A stretch of DNA of 28,524 nucleotides, taken from positions 1 through 28,524 of the IMG/VR virus record IMGVR_UViG_3300042431_000096. One strand, 5' to 3'. Of the stretch, positions 9,548-18,266 are shown one piece after another. Both the position numbers and the translations under genes were made by a program. The notes below the pieces were generated by a model. The model was not told the DNA's origin and did not search any database. It saw only the letters and a list, made by a program, of their open reading frames with translations. This DNA is from a virus (lineage: Duplodnaviria > Caudoviricetes). Positions within the stretch are counted from its first letter, which is position 1. Each line of letters begins with the position of its first letter.

Positions 9548-11727
9548 TAGTTGGCCCTAGAGAAATAAAATGCTTCCCATTCCGCCGAGACCAATGTCGA
9601 AGCGACATGGGTATCGTTAGTGACTGCGATCTCGCATTGAGCTGCATCACCATAGACTTGGAAGCTGTAGCTACCTGTCTGGAACGAGGGCTTGTTAAGT
9701 GTCAGATCGATGGACCCGACCACCTTACCAGTGAAGTTCGACATCTTTGCAGGCACCACCTCCTCGACATTAGCGGGGGCGGCGCTGCCGTAGGGCTTCA
9801 CTTCCGTGCGGAAGAAGCCGGTGTTGCTATAGTAGATGGTGAACGTGCGGAGCTGTAACCTTCCGGTCGACACAGGACGCCCTTGGTAGTCCATTGCGAA
9901 CTGTCGGGAGAACTGGAACCGCATCGAATAGGACTCACCCACTGTAACAGGGACAGGTTCCTGCCCAAGCACCGTAAGGACCGATCCGCCAACCCACTGG
10001 TACGTTGCGGGGTTCACTAGGGAACCGGGGGCTGTCGGGTGTGTCTTGCTACGGATCAGGCGAACCTTGCTTTGGTTCGGAACATACGGGAATGTGTACG
10101 ACGTCCGGTTCGTAACCGGATTGTACGTTCCTGACAGAGTGACCCGTCGATCCAGATATACCTGATTGTCCTGCTCAACCGGCTTTGCGGTGGGCTGGAG
10201 TGACAGGCGCTCTAGGTGGAGCACTGACTGGCGATTGATCAGAAGATACAGGTGACCGTCGATGAACTCAGCACCGACTACAGGATCGCCCATGTCCCAC
10301 TTCCGCCAAGCACTGACGATCTTTTCGTTACCGTCCCAGTAGTACTGGTAGACGTAGATCAGCCTTCCGCCGGTCAGGGCGAACACAGCCTTGTGGTTCG
10401 TGGCACCAACCATCTTGATCAGGCCAGATGGGAGGAATTTAGGGCAATGAGCAGTGACCTCAGCGGACGCGAGTGTGTCGCTATCGTCCTGACGTGTGTA
10501 CTCCCAGACGACCGAATGATCGCTCTGGTCGCCGCAGTAGTAGACCTCAGTGCCCATAGTCACTGGGCGGACCTTCGTGTTGACCTGATAGGACGTCACT
10601 GGTCGTATAGCGATGCTCTCAGGGGTTAGCCCCTCCTCACTGTTCGTGATTGAGAACTGTGTCTGATCCGCAAAGGCCATGATGCCGTTGTTGAACGCGA
10701 GGGCGTAGTTCAGGATGGCGACATTTGAGGTAGTGACCGCCACATCGATAACGTCCGATGCGACATAGTCGAGGACCGTGGTGCGCCAGTAGTTTCCGAA
10801 GTCACCGGCACATGACAGGATCACATTCTCATCGACAAGGAACCCCATACGGTTCTGGTTGAAGAACACGTCGTTGATTGTCCGACCGATGAACGACGGA
10901 GGCGGGTTGCTGTCCTCATCGCCGACCGTGCGGTTGGCCCAAGAGAAGGGTGCGAACGTAAATGTACCGTCAGGCTCCCGCACAAGCGCGTGGGGCATGG
11001 TTGTCGCGTCAATGGCGTTACGGAGGCCAACAGCAACTGTTTCGTCCCACACGGCCCCGTTGCGGCGCACATAGTAGGAACTGAAGCCTGTCTCTGCCGA
11101 GCCGACGATCTTGTACATGGTGCCGTTGGCGGCTGTTTCAGGGAGCTTCTCGATGCTCGGAAGTTCACCCGCGTAGGAACCATCGGAAAGGTTCGGGAGA
11201 TACTGGAGAGGAGCGCCGCTCACTGCGCCGCCCCATACGGCGTCATACGCTAGATCGCCTGCGGTGTTCACCGGGCGGCTATTAAGCCACCGAAAGTAGT
11301 CGGGATCATAAGCAGCGTCGGTGCCGAGAGCGGCAAGCTGGCACTGCTTGTTCGTGTTGACGATGAAGGTGTAGTCAGCGACCGTGACAGCGCGGAAGGA
11401 ACCGCCGGTCAGATAGCTGTAGCCTCCGGGTGCGTTTACGGTCTTCTCAACGCCTGTCTCATGATCGAAGACGCGGACCCCACTCTGGGTGACGATCACA
11501 ATGTATCGCTCGTTCGTGTCTCGGTTAATATGGTGGACAAAGGCGTTGGTCAGGTTGACGCCTGAGAGGACCGCGAGGTGCTCCGTCGGGGGACGCTTGC
11601 CCACACCCTCTGCCATGATGGCCCAAGTGTTGACTTCGTCTTCCGTCTGGTCGCTGGCGCGGAGGATCGGGGGCTGCTGAGAGACCCCGTTATGGATTGC
11701 TGAGAGAACCCGGCGGCGCAAGCTCAT
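9547..11727 (-). CDS. Tail tubular protein B / nozzle (T7 gp12-like)
   Basis: GVSQQP N-terminus, TMPHALVRE, VGDEDSNPPPSFIG, FFNQNRMGFL, VTAHCP, SAWRKW and GRLQLR motifs. Confidence 0.95.
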   Translation of the reverse strand: MSLRRRVLSAIHNGVSQQPPILRASDQTEDEVNTWAIMAEGVGKRPPTEHLAVLSGVNLTNAFVHHINRDTNERYIVIVTQSGVRVFDHETGVEKTVNAPGGYSYLTGGSFRAVTVADYTFIVNTNKQCQLAALGTDAAYDPDYFRWLNSRPVNTAGDLAYDAVWGGAVSGAPLQYLPNLSDGSYAGELPSIEKLPETAANGTMYKIVGSAETGFSSYYVRRNGAVWDETVAVGLRNAIDATTMPHALVREPDGTFTFAPFSWANRTVGDEDSNPPPSFIGRTINDVFFNQNRMGFLVDENVILSCAGDFGNYWRTTVLDYVASDVIDVAVTTSNVAILNYALAFNNGIMAFADQTQFSITNSEEGLTPESIAIRPVTSYQVNTKVRPVTMGTEVYYCGDQSDHSVVWEYTRQDDSDTLASAEVTAHCPKFLPSGLIKMVGATNHKAVFALTGGRLIYVYQYYWDGNEKIVSAWRKWDMGDPVVGAEFIDGHLYLLINRQSVLHLERLSLQPTAKPVEQDNQVYLDRRVTLSGTYNPVTNRTSYTFPYVPNQSKVRLIRSKTHPTAPGSLVNPATYQWVGGSVLTVLGQEPVPVTVGESYSMRFQFSRQFAMDYQGRPVSTGRLQLRTFTIYYSNTGFFRTEVKPYGSAAPANVEEVVPAKMSNFTGKVVGSIDLTLNKPSFQTGSYSFQVYGDAAQCEIAVTNDTHVASTLVSAEWEAFYFSRAN

Positions 11728-12323
11728 TAGTAGCTCCTGTCACCGAAGGATTGCAGGAAGGGACTACGGCGGAACATATTGGTATCTGCCGAGCGGCGCT
11801 CTTCCGTCTGAAGGAGGACCCACGCATACCGCTCATCCTCTTCCTCGAATCGATCAAGGATTTGGCTGCCGATCACGCGGCTCTGAAAGCGGCGTCCTGC
11901 GTAGGTGGCGATGTAGTTCCGCGCTACCTCGGGGAGGTCTTCGAAGGCGAAGCCCCAGATCACCTTAACGGTGATGGATGCGTTGAACAGGAAACTCTGG
12001 GCGTCCTTGCTGTAAAAGCACATGGAGCCGTTGGGTGCCCGACGCTGCACAAGGTTCTCGCTGGTGTTTGAGGAGTCCACTGAGAGGGCACCTGAGGGGA
12101 CCAGACAGAAACCATTGGCGTCAGGGGTGATGACATAGTCGTCATCGGTGTTGAAATTCCAACCCTTCGCAAGGCACCGACGAGCGGCGGTCTCTAACAG
12201 TTTACGGGCGATGTTAACGTCCGTGATACCGGAGACAGAGAGGGTGGAAACGGGGGCCTGCCCGATGGAGAGCAGCATCGCGTTGACGGCGTCCAGCTCC
12301 GTCTGGGCTTCAATCATGGGCAT
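11727..12323 (-). CDS. Tail tubular protein A / adaptor (T7 gp11-like)
   Basis: TELDAVNAMLLSIGQAPV, GWNFN and FEDLPEVARNYI motifs. Confidence 0.95.
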   Translation of the reverse strand: MPMIEAQTELDAVNAMLLSIGQAPVSTLSVSGITDVNIARKLLETAARRCLAKGWNFNTDDDYVITPDANGFCLVPSGALSVDSSNTSENLVQRRAPNGSMCFYSKDAQSFLFNASITVKVIWGFAFEDLPEVARNYIATYAGRRFQSRVIGSQILDRFEEEDERYAWVLLQTEERRSADTNMFRRSPFLQSFGDRSY

Positions 12324-12338
12324 GGGAAAATCCTTAGG

Positions 12339-12373
12339 AAAAAATAGGGGAGCCTCCCGAAAGAGACTCCCCC
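12339..12373 (-). terminator. Intrinsic terminator after the major capsid gene (T-phi position)
   Basis: Minus strand GGGGAGTCTC-TTTCGG-GAGGCTCCCC followed by TATTTTTT. Confidence 0.85.
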
Positions 12374-12381
12374 AAAACGGC

Positions 12382-13368
12382 TTAAGCCGGGATCGCGCCG
12401 GTACGCAGCTCGACAGCGCACTTGCTGCGGAGCGTACGAGTGCCGACGGTCAGCGCAGCAATCAACAGGGTACCCTGCTTGCGCGGCTGATCTTCCATCT
12501 GGAATTTGACGTCCTCGACGAGAGCCGAGCAGGCTGCCATCGGGGTCCAGACGGTACCAACGGTCGTACCGAACTTCGCACGGTAGTACGACGGAATGAA
12601 CTTCTCGTCGCCGCCAGTGCTGTACGGTGCTGCGGTGTTATCCACACCGAAGACTTCGTTGGCGATGTTGGTCTTCAGGACCTGAATGTCATCGACCGTG
12701 GTGAGCTGCATCGAGCGGATGCTGGCGCTGCTACCGTTGGTGTCGCGGTTCAGGTTCTTGTCGGTGCGGGCCATCAGGTACCACTGAGCGGCCTTGAAGG
12801 CTGCGTAAACAGGCATCGAGCCGACCGGAACGTCCTTCTCGTCCATCGCCTGCTTAGAAGCAGCTACGGCGTCGATCAGTGCGTTACCGTCGGTTGCCAG
12901 CGAGGCGTTAACGACAGCCGAACCACCAGTGTCACCGCTGAACAGGGCACCCGAGCGGGCCGCCTTCAGGATCGTGCGGAGTACGTTGGCGTCGTAGTGA
13001 CGTGCGAGGAACTCACCCATCTCCTTCATGTACGGCTGACGCACATCGAAGTGGTTGAGGATTTCGTCAATGTCTGACAGGAAGACGTCCGAGACGAGCT
13101 TGTCGTCGGGCGTGACCAGCACTTCAGTGTGCGTGATCTTACGACCAGTCAGTTCGGTACCTGCGGTGTGGTAGCCGCCGCCTGCCCGCCAGATGGCCGG
13201 GAAGCGGAACGACTTACCCTTGGCAAGCGTCTTCGACTGATGCTTGTCGCGGAACAGGGTTGCGGTTTCAAAAGCGCCGATGATTTCGCCGCTGTAAAGG
13301 TCGAGGTTAAGAGCGCGGATATCACCCGTGCCCAGATTCTGACCGGGTGAGCTAGGAATGGAAGTCAT
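12382..13368 (-). CDS. Major capsid protein (T7 gp10A-like)
   Basis: ALNLDLYSGEI...GKSFRFP...HTAG...DDKLVS...HFDVRQPYMKEMGEFLA motifs. 328 aa. Confidence 0.95.
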   Translation of the reverse strand: MTSIPSSPGQNLGTGDIRALNLDLYSGEIIGAFETATLFRDKHQSKTLAKGKSFRFPAIWRAGGGYHTAGTELTGRKITHTEVLVTPDDKLVSDVFLSDIDEILNHFDVRQPYMKEMGEFLARHYDANVLRTILKAARSGALFSGDTGGSAVVNASLATDGNALIDAVAASKQAMDEKDVPVGSMPVYAAFKAAQWYLMARTDKNLNRDTNGSSASIRSMQLTTVDDIQVLKTNIANEVFGVDNTAAPYSTGGDEKFIPSYYRAKFGTTVGTVWTPMAACSALVEDVKFQMEDQPRKQGTLLIAALTVGTRTLRSKCAVELRTGAIPA

Positions 13369-13647
13369 GGTTTCCTACTGTGTTTTTGGGTTGAGGTTTT
13401 GGGTTGCAACCATCTCCTCAAGGCCACTTCCGGTCCCTCGGTTGTCCCCGCAGGGGCCGAGCGAAAGGGTTATCTCTTGGTTCAGGTAAAAAACCCCCGG
13501 ACCTCAATGAAGTCGCGGGGGTGTTACAGGCGGGAAGACCCAGTGCCTGCGGGCTGTAGCTGATCCCCGTCGGGATCGTGTTGCTAACCGTAGTGCGCTT
13601 GCAGTGCCCCCGTCAGGGCACCGTAGAGGCGTCGGTGGTTCTATTCA
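13369..13647 (-). other. Structured 279-nt intergenic leader between scaffold and capsid genes
   Basis: Hairpins at 13604-13621, 13562-13577, 13494-13522 and 13437-13461, and an A/C-rich tract before the RBS. No substantial ORF seen. Confidence 0.6.
13488..13522 (-). terminator. Terminator-like hairpin upstream of the capsid gene
   Basis: Minus strand ACCCCCGCGACTTC-ATT-GAGGTCCGGGGG-TTTTTT. Confidence 0.7.
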
Positions 13648-14505
13648 TTAACGAGTGGAAAACACTCGCTGTTGAAGGGAGGGTTCGGTAACCCGGAAGC
13701 CCTGCTTCTGGGACCGGGCCAGCTTGGCTTCCACTTCCGAACGGAAGCGGGAGTCTGAGCTGTAACGCGGGTCCTTCACATCAGCGAGGAAGTCCGCACG
13801 GCTCTCGTAAGTATCACCGCCAGTGGCTGCACCACTGTTGGGGGTGATGAGCTTTCCTTCCGAAGGTACCGCCGTCGCGTAACGCGCCGCCAGACCCCGA
13901 ACAGCATTCTCACGCAAGGCCGGGTTGTCGAGTGATTGGTTGTAAGCCTCCAGCTCCGCGTCGGTTAGGTTCGATGCAGCCCAAGTCGAGATACGACCGT
14001 ACTGCTCTTCACTGCCTGCGTAGCTGTAGATTTGACCGAGAGCTTCCTGCTGAACAGCCTTCACGCCCGCGATGTAGAGGTTGAACACCTCACGGGGAAT
14101 GCCTGCTTCTTCGAGCGCAGCAATGGCTTCGTCCGAGACTTCACCTTTATCTGCCCACTCACCCTTAGCCAGCTCCATCGCTGTGGTTAATGGTGTGGGT
14201 TCAGCCTCGCTCTCTCCTGCGGGCTTTTCAATCTTGCCGTCAGGCGCAACCGGAGGCGGTGCTTCCTGTACCGGGACTTGCTCCTTTACCTCTCCACTGT
14301 CCATCTTGGAGCGGAGGGCTGAGTAACTCTTCGCAAGGCCTTCGAGATCAGCCTGACCGTCTTTCCAGAACTGCTCAGGGATATACTCAGGGCGCTGCGG
14401 ACCATCTGCGGGGATACCAGCGGGATCAACCTGCGAGAGCTTAGGTGCTCCGGTATCCTCCGCCGGGGTACCTTCTTCGGTACCCACGGCGTTGGGATCA
14501 GTCAT
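13648..14505 (-). CDS. Capsid assembly scaffold protein (T7 gp9-like)
   Basis: RPEYIPEQFW, LAKSYSAL, WAASNLT and DPRYSSDSRFRSEVEAKL motifs. It lies between portal and capsid. Confidence 0.93.
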   Translation of the reverse strand: MTDPNAVGTEEGTPAEDTGAPKLSQVDPAGIPADGPQRPEYIPEQFWKDGQADLEGLAKSYSALRSKMDSGEVKEQVPVQEAPPPVAPDGKIEKPAGESEAEPTPLTTAMELAKGEWADKGEVSDEAIAALEEAGIPREVFNLYIAGVKAVQQEALGQIYSYAGSEEQYGRISTWAASNLTDAELEAYNQSLDNPALRENAVRGLAARYATAVPSEGKLITPNSGAATGGDTYESRADFLADVKDPRYSSDSRFRSEVEAKLARSQKQGFRVTEPSLQQRVFSTR

Positions 14506-14684
14506 TAGAGGTAGTTAACCTGCGTGAAGCCGTTCATGAGTTCGACTTCCTGCACCTCAACCGGGCGCTCTTCAGCGGACGGTGCGGTGGTGTTATCCTC
14601 AACGATGAAGTTGGTCTCGACTTCTGTCGTAACCGTTGCTTCGACAGGGGCGGCTTCAGCCACCGGGGTATTAATCTTTGCCAT
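14505..14684 (-). CDS. Small acidic hypothetical protein (59 aa, MAKINTPVAEAAPVEA...GFTQVNYL)
   Basis: Below the ORF-track cutoff. TAAGGAG RBS upstream, and its TAA overlaps the scaffold ATG (TAATG). Confidence 0.8.
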   Translation of the reverse strand: MAKINTPVAEAAPVEATVTTEVETNFIVEDNTTAPSAEERPVEVQEVELMNGFTQVNYL

Positions 14685-14695
14685 TCATTTGCTCC

Positions 14696-16255
14696 TTATA
14701 CAGGGGGCGCGGCTGCATCATCGGGTGCGGCGATTACGTCCGACATTCCCTTCGCAAGCTGCGGTACTGCGCTCATCGCAGCGTTGTTCATCATTCCGGC
14801 CTGCTGTTCTTCTTGAACCATCTCGGCTGTCTTGATGAGTTGATCCACGGCCTCGATGCCGTAGCTTTCAGCGAACCTGCGGCCCACTTCGGTCGCCTCA
14901 GTGATCGTGCTGATCACCTCAGGCCCGTACATGGATACCATGTCCTGTGCCCACATCCGCAACTTGTTAGCGGAGTGGTTCCGGCCCATTGCTTCGAAGC
15001 CCGTGACAATCGTCGGCTGGACGCTGTCAGGGATCGCAGGTGCTTGGTTGTCTCTTTCGAGGATGTAGAGGATGCGCTTGATGAGAGGCAACTGCCACTC
15101 AGCGGACAGGACTGTGTAGACGCCGCCTAGGACGTTCTCCAGCTCCTGAGCCATAGCTCGGATTTCCTCAGCCGTGACACGCTCTGCATTGCGGACAGTA
15201 CCGCTCTGAAGCATGAAGGCGTGGGACAGGCGAAGCTCAAGGCGTTCTGCCACAGCGTTGACGATCTGGAAGTCCTGCGTCTTTTCAAGTTGCAGGGTCT
15301 TGATCTTCTCACCGTAGCCCGAGAGGAACTCTCCGGTGTCCGCAGCGGCGAGATCATCGACCTCAACCATCGCCATCGGTTCAACAATGTGAACGATCCG
15401 GCTGGCAACCGCAGCGAACTGAATGATCGCCTTCGAGATGTCCTCAAGGGACACTAGGTCACCGATGTATTCCGACACATGAGCGCGGCCATAATCGCTG
15501 CCGGGGACTGCCTGCCAACGAAGTGCCATCCATCCGGTAGCGTCAGAGTTGGACTGACCTTCTGATCCGGGGACTACGATATCGTTGATCTGCTGGTAGT
15601 GGCGCACCGTATCACCCTCACGGATGATGTGGGTGTAAACGTCGGTCATCTTTGAGGACGGCTTAGTCGGGTCCCACTCAACCTTACAGGCTGTACGGGT
15701 GGCCTCATCAAGGGCGGCTGGGTTGATCTTTTCGTGGACCACACCCTCGATCAGCTTGCCGTATTCGTCACGGACGACGACATACTGGTCAAGGCGATAC
15801 ATCCGGGGCGACGAGCGGTCGACCGGGAAGTAGATCAGGGCGTTACCAGAGATGATCAGGTGGCGGAGGGCTTCCATGAATATCGGGCGGCAAGCCATCG
15901 TCTCGACCAAGAGCATTGCCTTGGTGGAGATGCGGGCCAGCGCCTCACGAACAACAGATAGCTGCTCACCGAGTTCGGCGGCTGCATCCTCATGGACGCT
16001 CAGACGAGCGAAAGCCTGATCCGGCGGGAAAAGCGTGACAAGAAGCCACGCAGCCAAGTTGTTAACGCAGCGGGCACCGAGTGACTGGTACGGCTGTGAG
16101 AACGCGGTGTTCGCGTCCTGACCGTCCAGCGGGATCAGACCGGGGATGGTCAGCTCCGAGTTGGTTCGGGCGCGTTCCAGCACGGTGTTACGCGGCTGCT
16201 GTAGTTGGGCGTATCGCAGCTTTGCGTTGATCGCCGTTTTTGTTTCTTCTGCCAA
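14696..16255 (-). CDS. Portal / head-tail connector (T7 gp8-like)
   Basis: YQSLGARCVNNLA, YGRAHVSEYIGDL and AERVTAEEIRAMAQELENVLGGVY motifs. TTG start. Confidence 0.97.
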   Translation of the reverse strand: MAEETKTAINAKLRYAQLQQPRNTVLERARTNSELTIPGLIPLDGQDANTAFSQPYQSLGARCVNNLAAWLLVTLFPPDQAFARLSVHEDAAAELGEQLSVVREALARISTKAMLLVETMACRPIFMEALRHLIISGNALIYFPVDRSSPRMYRLDQYVVVRDEYGKLIEGVVHEKINPAALDEATRTACKVEWDPTKPSSKMTDVYTHIIREGDTVRHYQQINDIVVPGSEGQSNSDATGWMALRWQAVPGSDYGRAHVSEYIGDLVSLEDISKAIIQFAAVASRIVHIVEPMAMVEVDDLAAADTGEFLSGYGEKIKTLQLEKTQDFQIVNAVAERLELRLSHAFMLQSGTVRNAERVTAEEIRAMAQELENVLGGVYTVLSAEWQLPLIKRILYILERDNQAPAIPDSVQPTIVTGFEAMGRNHSANKLRMWAQDMVSMYGPEVISTITEATEVGRRFAESYGIEAVDQLIKTAEMVQEEQQAGMMNNAAMSAVPQLAKGMSDVIAAPDDAAAPPV

Positions 16256-16266
16256 TGGTCGTTCCT

Positions 16267-16554
16267 TTAACGGGCCATTTCACGGGTGATCCGGCCCGCT
16301 CCAAACCCTCCGCCCATAACTGGCGATGTGGGCAGCCCGCTCATTACCGGCGCGGGGGCAGCACTAGGGTTCACTGGGGCGACTGGGGAGACAGGGCGTT
16401 GCCCCATCCCCCCGCGCTCGATCCGCAGGCTGGAGCGGCCTTTGCGGAGAGCCTTTGTCGATGGATCACCATCGAGATAGGAATTTCGGACCACGGTCGG
16501 CTCAGGCGGTTTATTGTTCGCCGGGTTGACCTTGGGTGTTTTTACTATGCACAT
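16267..16554 (-). CDS. Small virion-associated protein (gp6.7/7.3 position)
   Basis: MC start, Pro/Lys-rich, RKGRSSLRI motif, immediately upstream of the portal. Confidence 0.7.
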   Translation of the reverse strand: MCIVKTPKVNPANNKPPEPTVVRNSYLDGDPSTKALRKGRSSLRIERGGMGQRPVSPVAPVNPSAAPAPVMSGLPTSPVMGGGFGAGRITREMAR

Positions 16555-16748
16555 TATCGACGGCTCCGTTGCTCAGATGGTGACCGCCTTGCGGTCGCTG
16601 CCCAGTGTTTCAGGAACAGGACCACTTCTCGCTTCCCTGCGTGACGCTGGATGCTCTCGAGGCTCTCGTTGGGTTCGGGGAGCTTCTCGGGGAAGATGCG
16701 GTCCAGCTCGTCGATCAGCGCGTAAGAGCTGTCGGGAAGAAGCTGCAT
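16554..16748 (-). CDS. Hypothetical protein (64 aa, gp6.5 position)
   Basis: MQLLPDSSYALIDELDRIFPE...AGKREVVLFLK. It is the first ORF after the late promoter. The start was reassigned to ATG 16748, downstream of the hairpin. Confidence 0.7.
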   Translation of the reverse strand: MQLLPDSSYALIDELDRIFPEKLPEPNESLESIQRHAGKREVVLFLKHWAATARRSPSEQRSRR

Positions 16749-16761
16749 GATGAATCTCTTG

Positions 16762-16809
16762 AAAAAATAGGGGCCACCCAATCCATATTGCGGACTGAGC
16801 GACCCCTAT
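16762..16809 (-). terminator. 19-bp stem-loop plus U-tract (terminator and/or RNase III site)
   Basis: ATAGGGGTCGCTCAGTCCG-CAATA-TGGATTGGGTGGCCCCTAT-TTTTT, fully paired with five G-U pairs. Confidence 0.7.
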
Positions 16810-16864
16810 GAGGAATGAAAGGACCTACAATGAAGATAACGGGAACCTAAAAAGGCTCCTCTCT

Positions 16865-16888
16865 CCAAGGGTCTGCACTAATTGGCAC
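16865..16888 (-). promoter_or_regulatory. Putative phage RNAP promoter (late, phi6.5 position)
   Basis: GTGCCAATTAGTGCAGACCCTT-GGAGAG, one of four copies of ATTAGTGCAGACC(A/C)TTGG. The predicted start GGAGAG resembles T7 GGGAGA. Confidence 0.85.
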
Positions 16889-17644
16889 TTTCTGGATCGT
16901 ACGGAGGAACCCACGGAATTACGCGGTTTCCTGCATACTCACCATGCTTCAAAATGCGGGCAAGATTGACCTGAATAACAGCGTCACGCTCCGTCAAACC
17001 CGCCTTGGCATAGGCCATAAGCACTTCATCCCATGCCTCGATCTCGTCCTCTGCCTCGAGAACATCGATTGCGTACTCGGATGCTTTGCCGACGCCCTTG
17101 GCACCCGGATAGCATCCGTCTGGTCACCAACGATTGCCTGCCAGAACAGGAAGCGGGTGGCCTCCAGTGGTGTAGGCCGGAACACTCCGATCTGCGGCTG
17201 GTTCGGTCGGTACAACAGCGCCGGTACAGTCATCATGTCCTTGTCGTCTGACACCATGATGCGGTCTTCGGTGCTGGGCTGGGTAGCCATGATCCCCATT
17301 ACATCGTCAGCCTCGAGATGTGGCATGATGACTGATGGATACGTCTGGGCCAGCCAGTCCTTCAGATCGTACAGAACTTCAGGCCGTTTGGTCTTTGCCC
17401 GGTGGCTCTTGTACGCAGGGAACAGGACCTTGCGGAAGTTGGCGACTTCATCGGACAGGCAGATGGTCAGCGTGTCAGCTTCGAGTTCAGCCATGAGTTC
17501 ATCAACAGCGTCCTTCGCGCCCTGCTTGGCGGCAGTGAAATCCGTAGCAACGGTCTCGACGCCCTCACCCCAATCGTATCGCTTCTCCGTGGCGGAGGAG
17601 TGGCGATAGGCGAGGATGTCAGCGTCAATGAGGAGGTGCCTCAC
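16878..17644 (-). pseudogene. 5'-3' exonuclease (T7 gp6-like) with a 1-nt frameshift near 17113
   Basis: LIDADILAY, YKSHR, LEADDVMGI, SDDKDM and GDQTD motifs are present. The expected GYPGAKGVGK...NLARIL...W continues in another frame to TAG at 16878. This could be an assembly error. Confidence 0.8.
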
Positions 17645-17904
17645 TTCGGATCACCGCAGGGTTCGTTGTTGGCTGCGCGGAGGCGGATGTTCTCCGCAAT
17701 GATCAGATTGATCTGGGCCATGCGGACCTGAGCAGCCTCGAAGACGTTCATGTCATCACGAACCTTGGGCAACTCAGTTGGCTCAACCTTCTCGATCTCG
17801 CAGGGCACCGGCACCGGCACCTTGACTACCTTGGGTAGCTCAGGTGTGGTGGTGCAGGACACAAGGGCCATCGCAGTGATGGCGATAATGATCTCACGCT
17901 TCAT
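17641..17904 (-). CDS. Outer-membrane spanin (Rz1-like lipoprotein, 87 aa)
   Basis: MKREIIIAITAMALVS-C signal peptide and lipobox, Pro-rich VKVPVPVPC. TGATG coupling to the upstream gene. Confidence 0.8.
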   Translation of the reverse strand: MKREIIIAITAMALVSCTTTPELPKVVKVPVPVPCEIEKVEPTELPKVRDDMNVFEAAQVRMAQINLIIAENIRLRAANNEPCGDPK

Positions 17905-18266
17905 CAGATGTTCTCCAACAGTAAGGCACGGGCTGCTTCGCATTGTTCGTCCTTGGTTGTGGGTGACGGCAGGGACAGGATGTCCTCTGCTTTGACTTCG
18001 AGGCGGACTGCCCTGCGGTTTGCCGCAGCGAGACCTGCGAGGTAGACCTCACGGTTCTCCTTGGCCTGCTCTGCCATGCGGTCGATGGCTTCATTCTGTG
18101 CCAAGAGCTTACCGGAGAGATCGGCAGTGATTACCTTCTCGGCCCGGAGGTCAGCGCGGGCTGCATCTCGCTGGGCGACAACGACTTGAAAGGCGATGGC
18201 CATGAGCAGGGTCACCGCAACTAGGCTGTAGGACAGGGCCGTGCGTACGCTTGTGGGTATGATCAT
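17904..18266 (-). CDS. Inner-membrane spanin (Rz-like, 120 aa)
   Basis: Single N-terminal TM helix, Ala-rich coiled coil and C-terminal Cys, adjacent to the lipoprotein gene. Confidence 0.75.
   Translation of the reverse strand: MIIPTSVRTALSYSLVAVTLLMAIAFQVVVAQRDAARADLRAEKVITADLSGKLLAQNEAIDRMAEQAKENREVYLAGLAAANRRAVRLEVKAEDILSLPSPTTKDEQCEAARALLLENI

Noticed and set aside
12324-12420. T7 gp10B-type capsid frameshift extension
   Set aside because: The capsid stop is followed at once by the terminator and then the tail tube gene, leaving no room for an extension.
12148-13077. 309-aa plus-strand ORF
   Set aside because: It is antisense to the capsid and tail tube genes and crosses the terminator. 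Long shadow ORFs are expected at this GC content.
16994-17112. ORF-track C-terminus of the exonuclease (AIRVPRASAK...)
   Set aside because: This is out-of-frame sequence after the frameshift. The conserved motifs continue in another frame.
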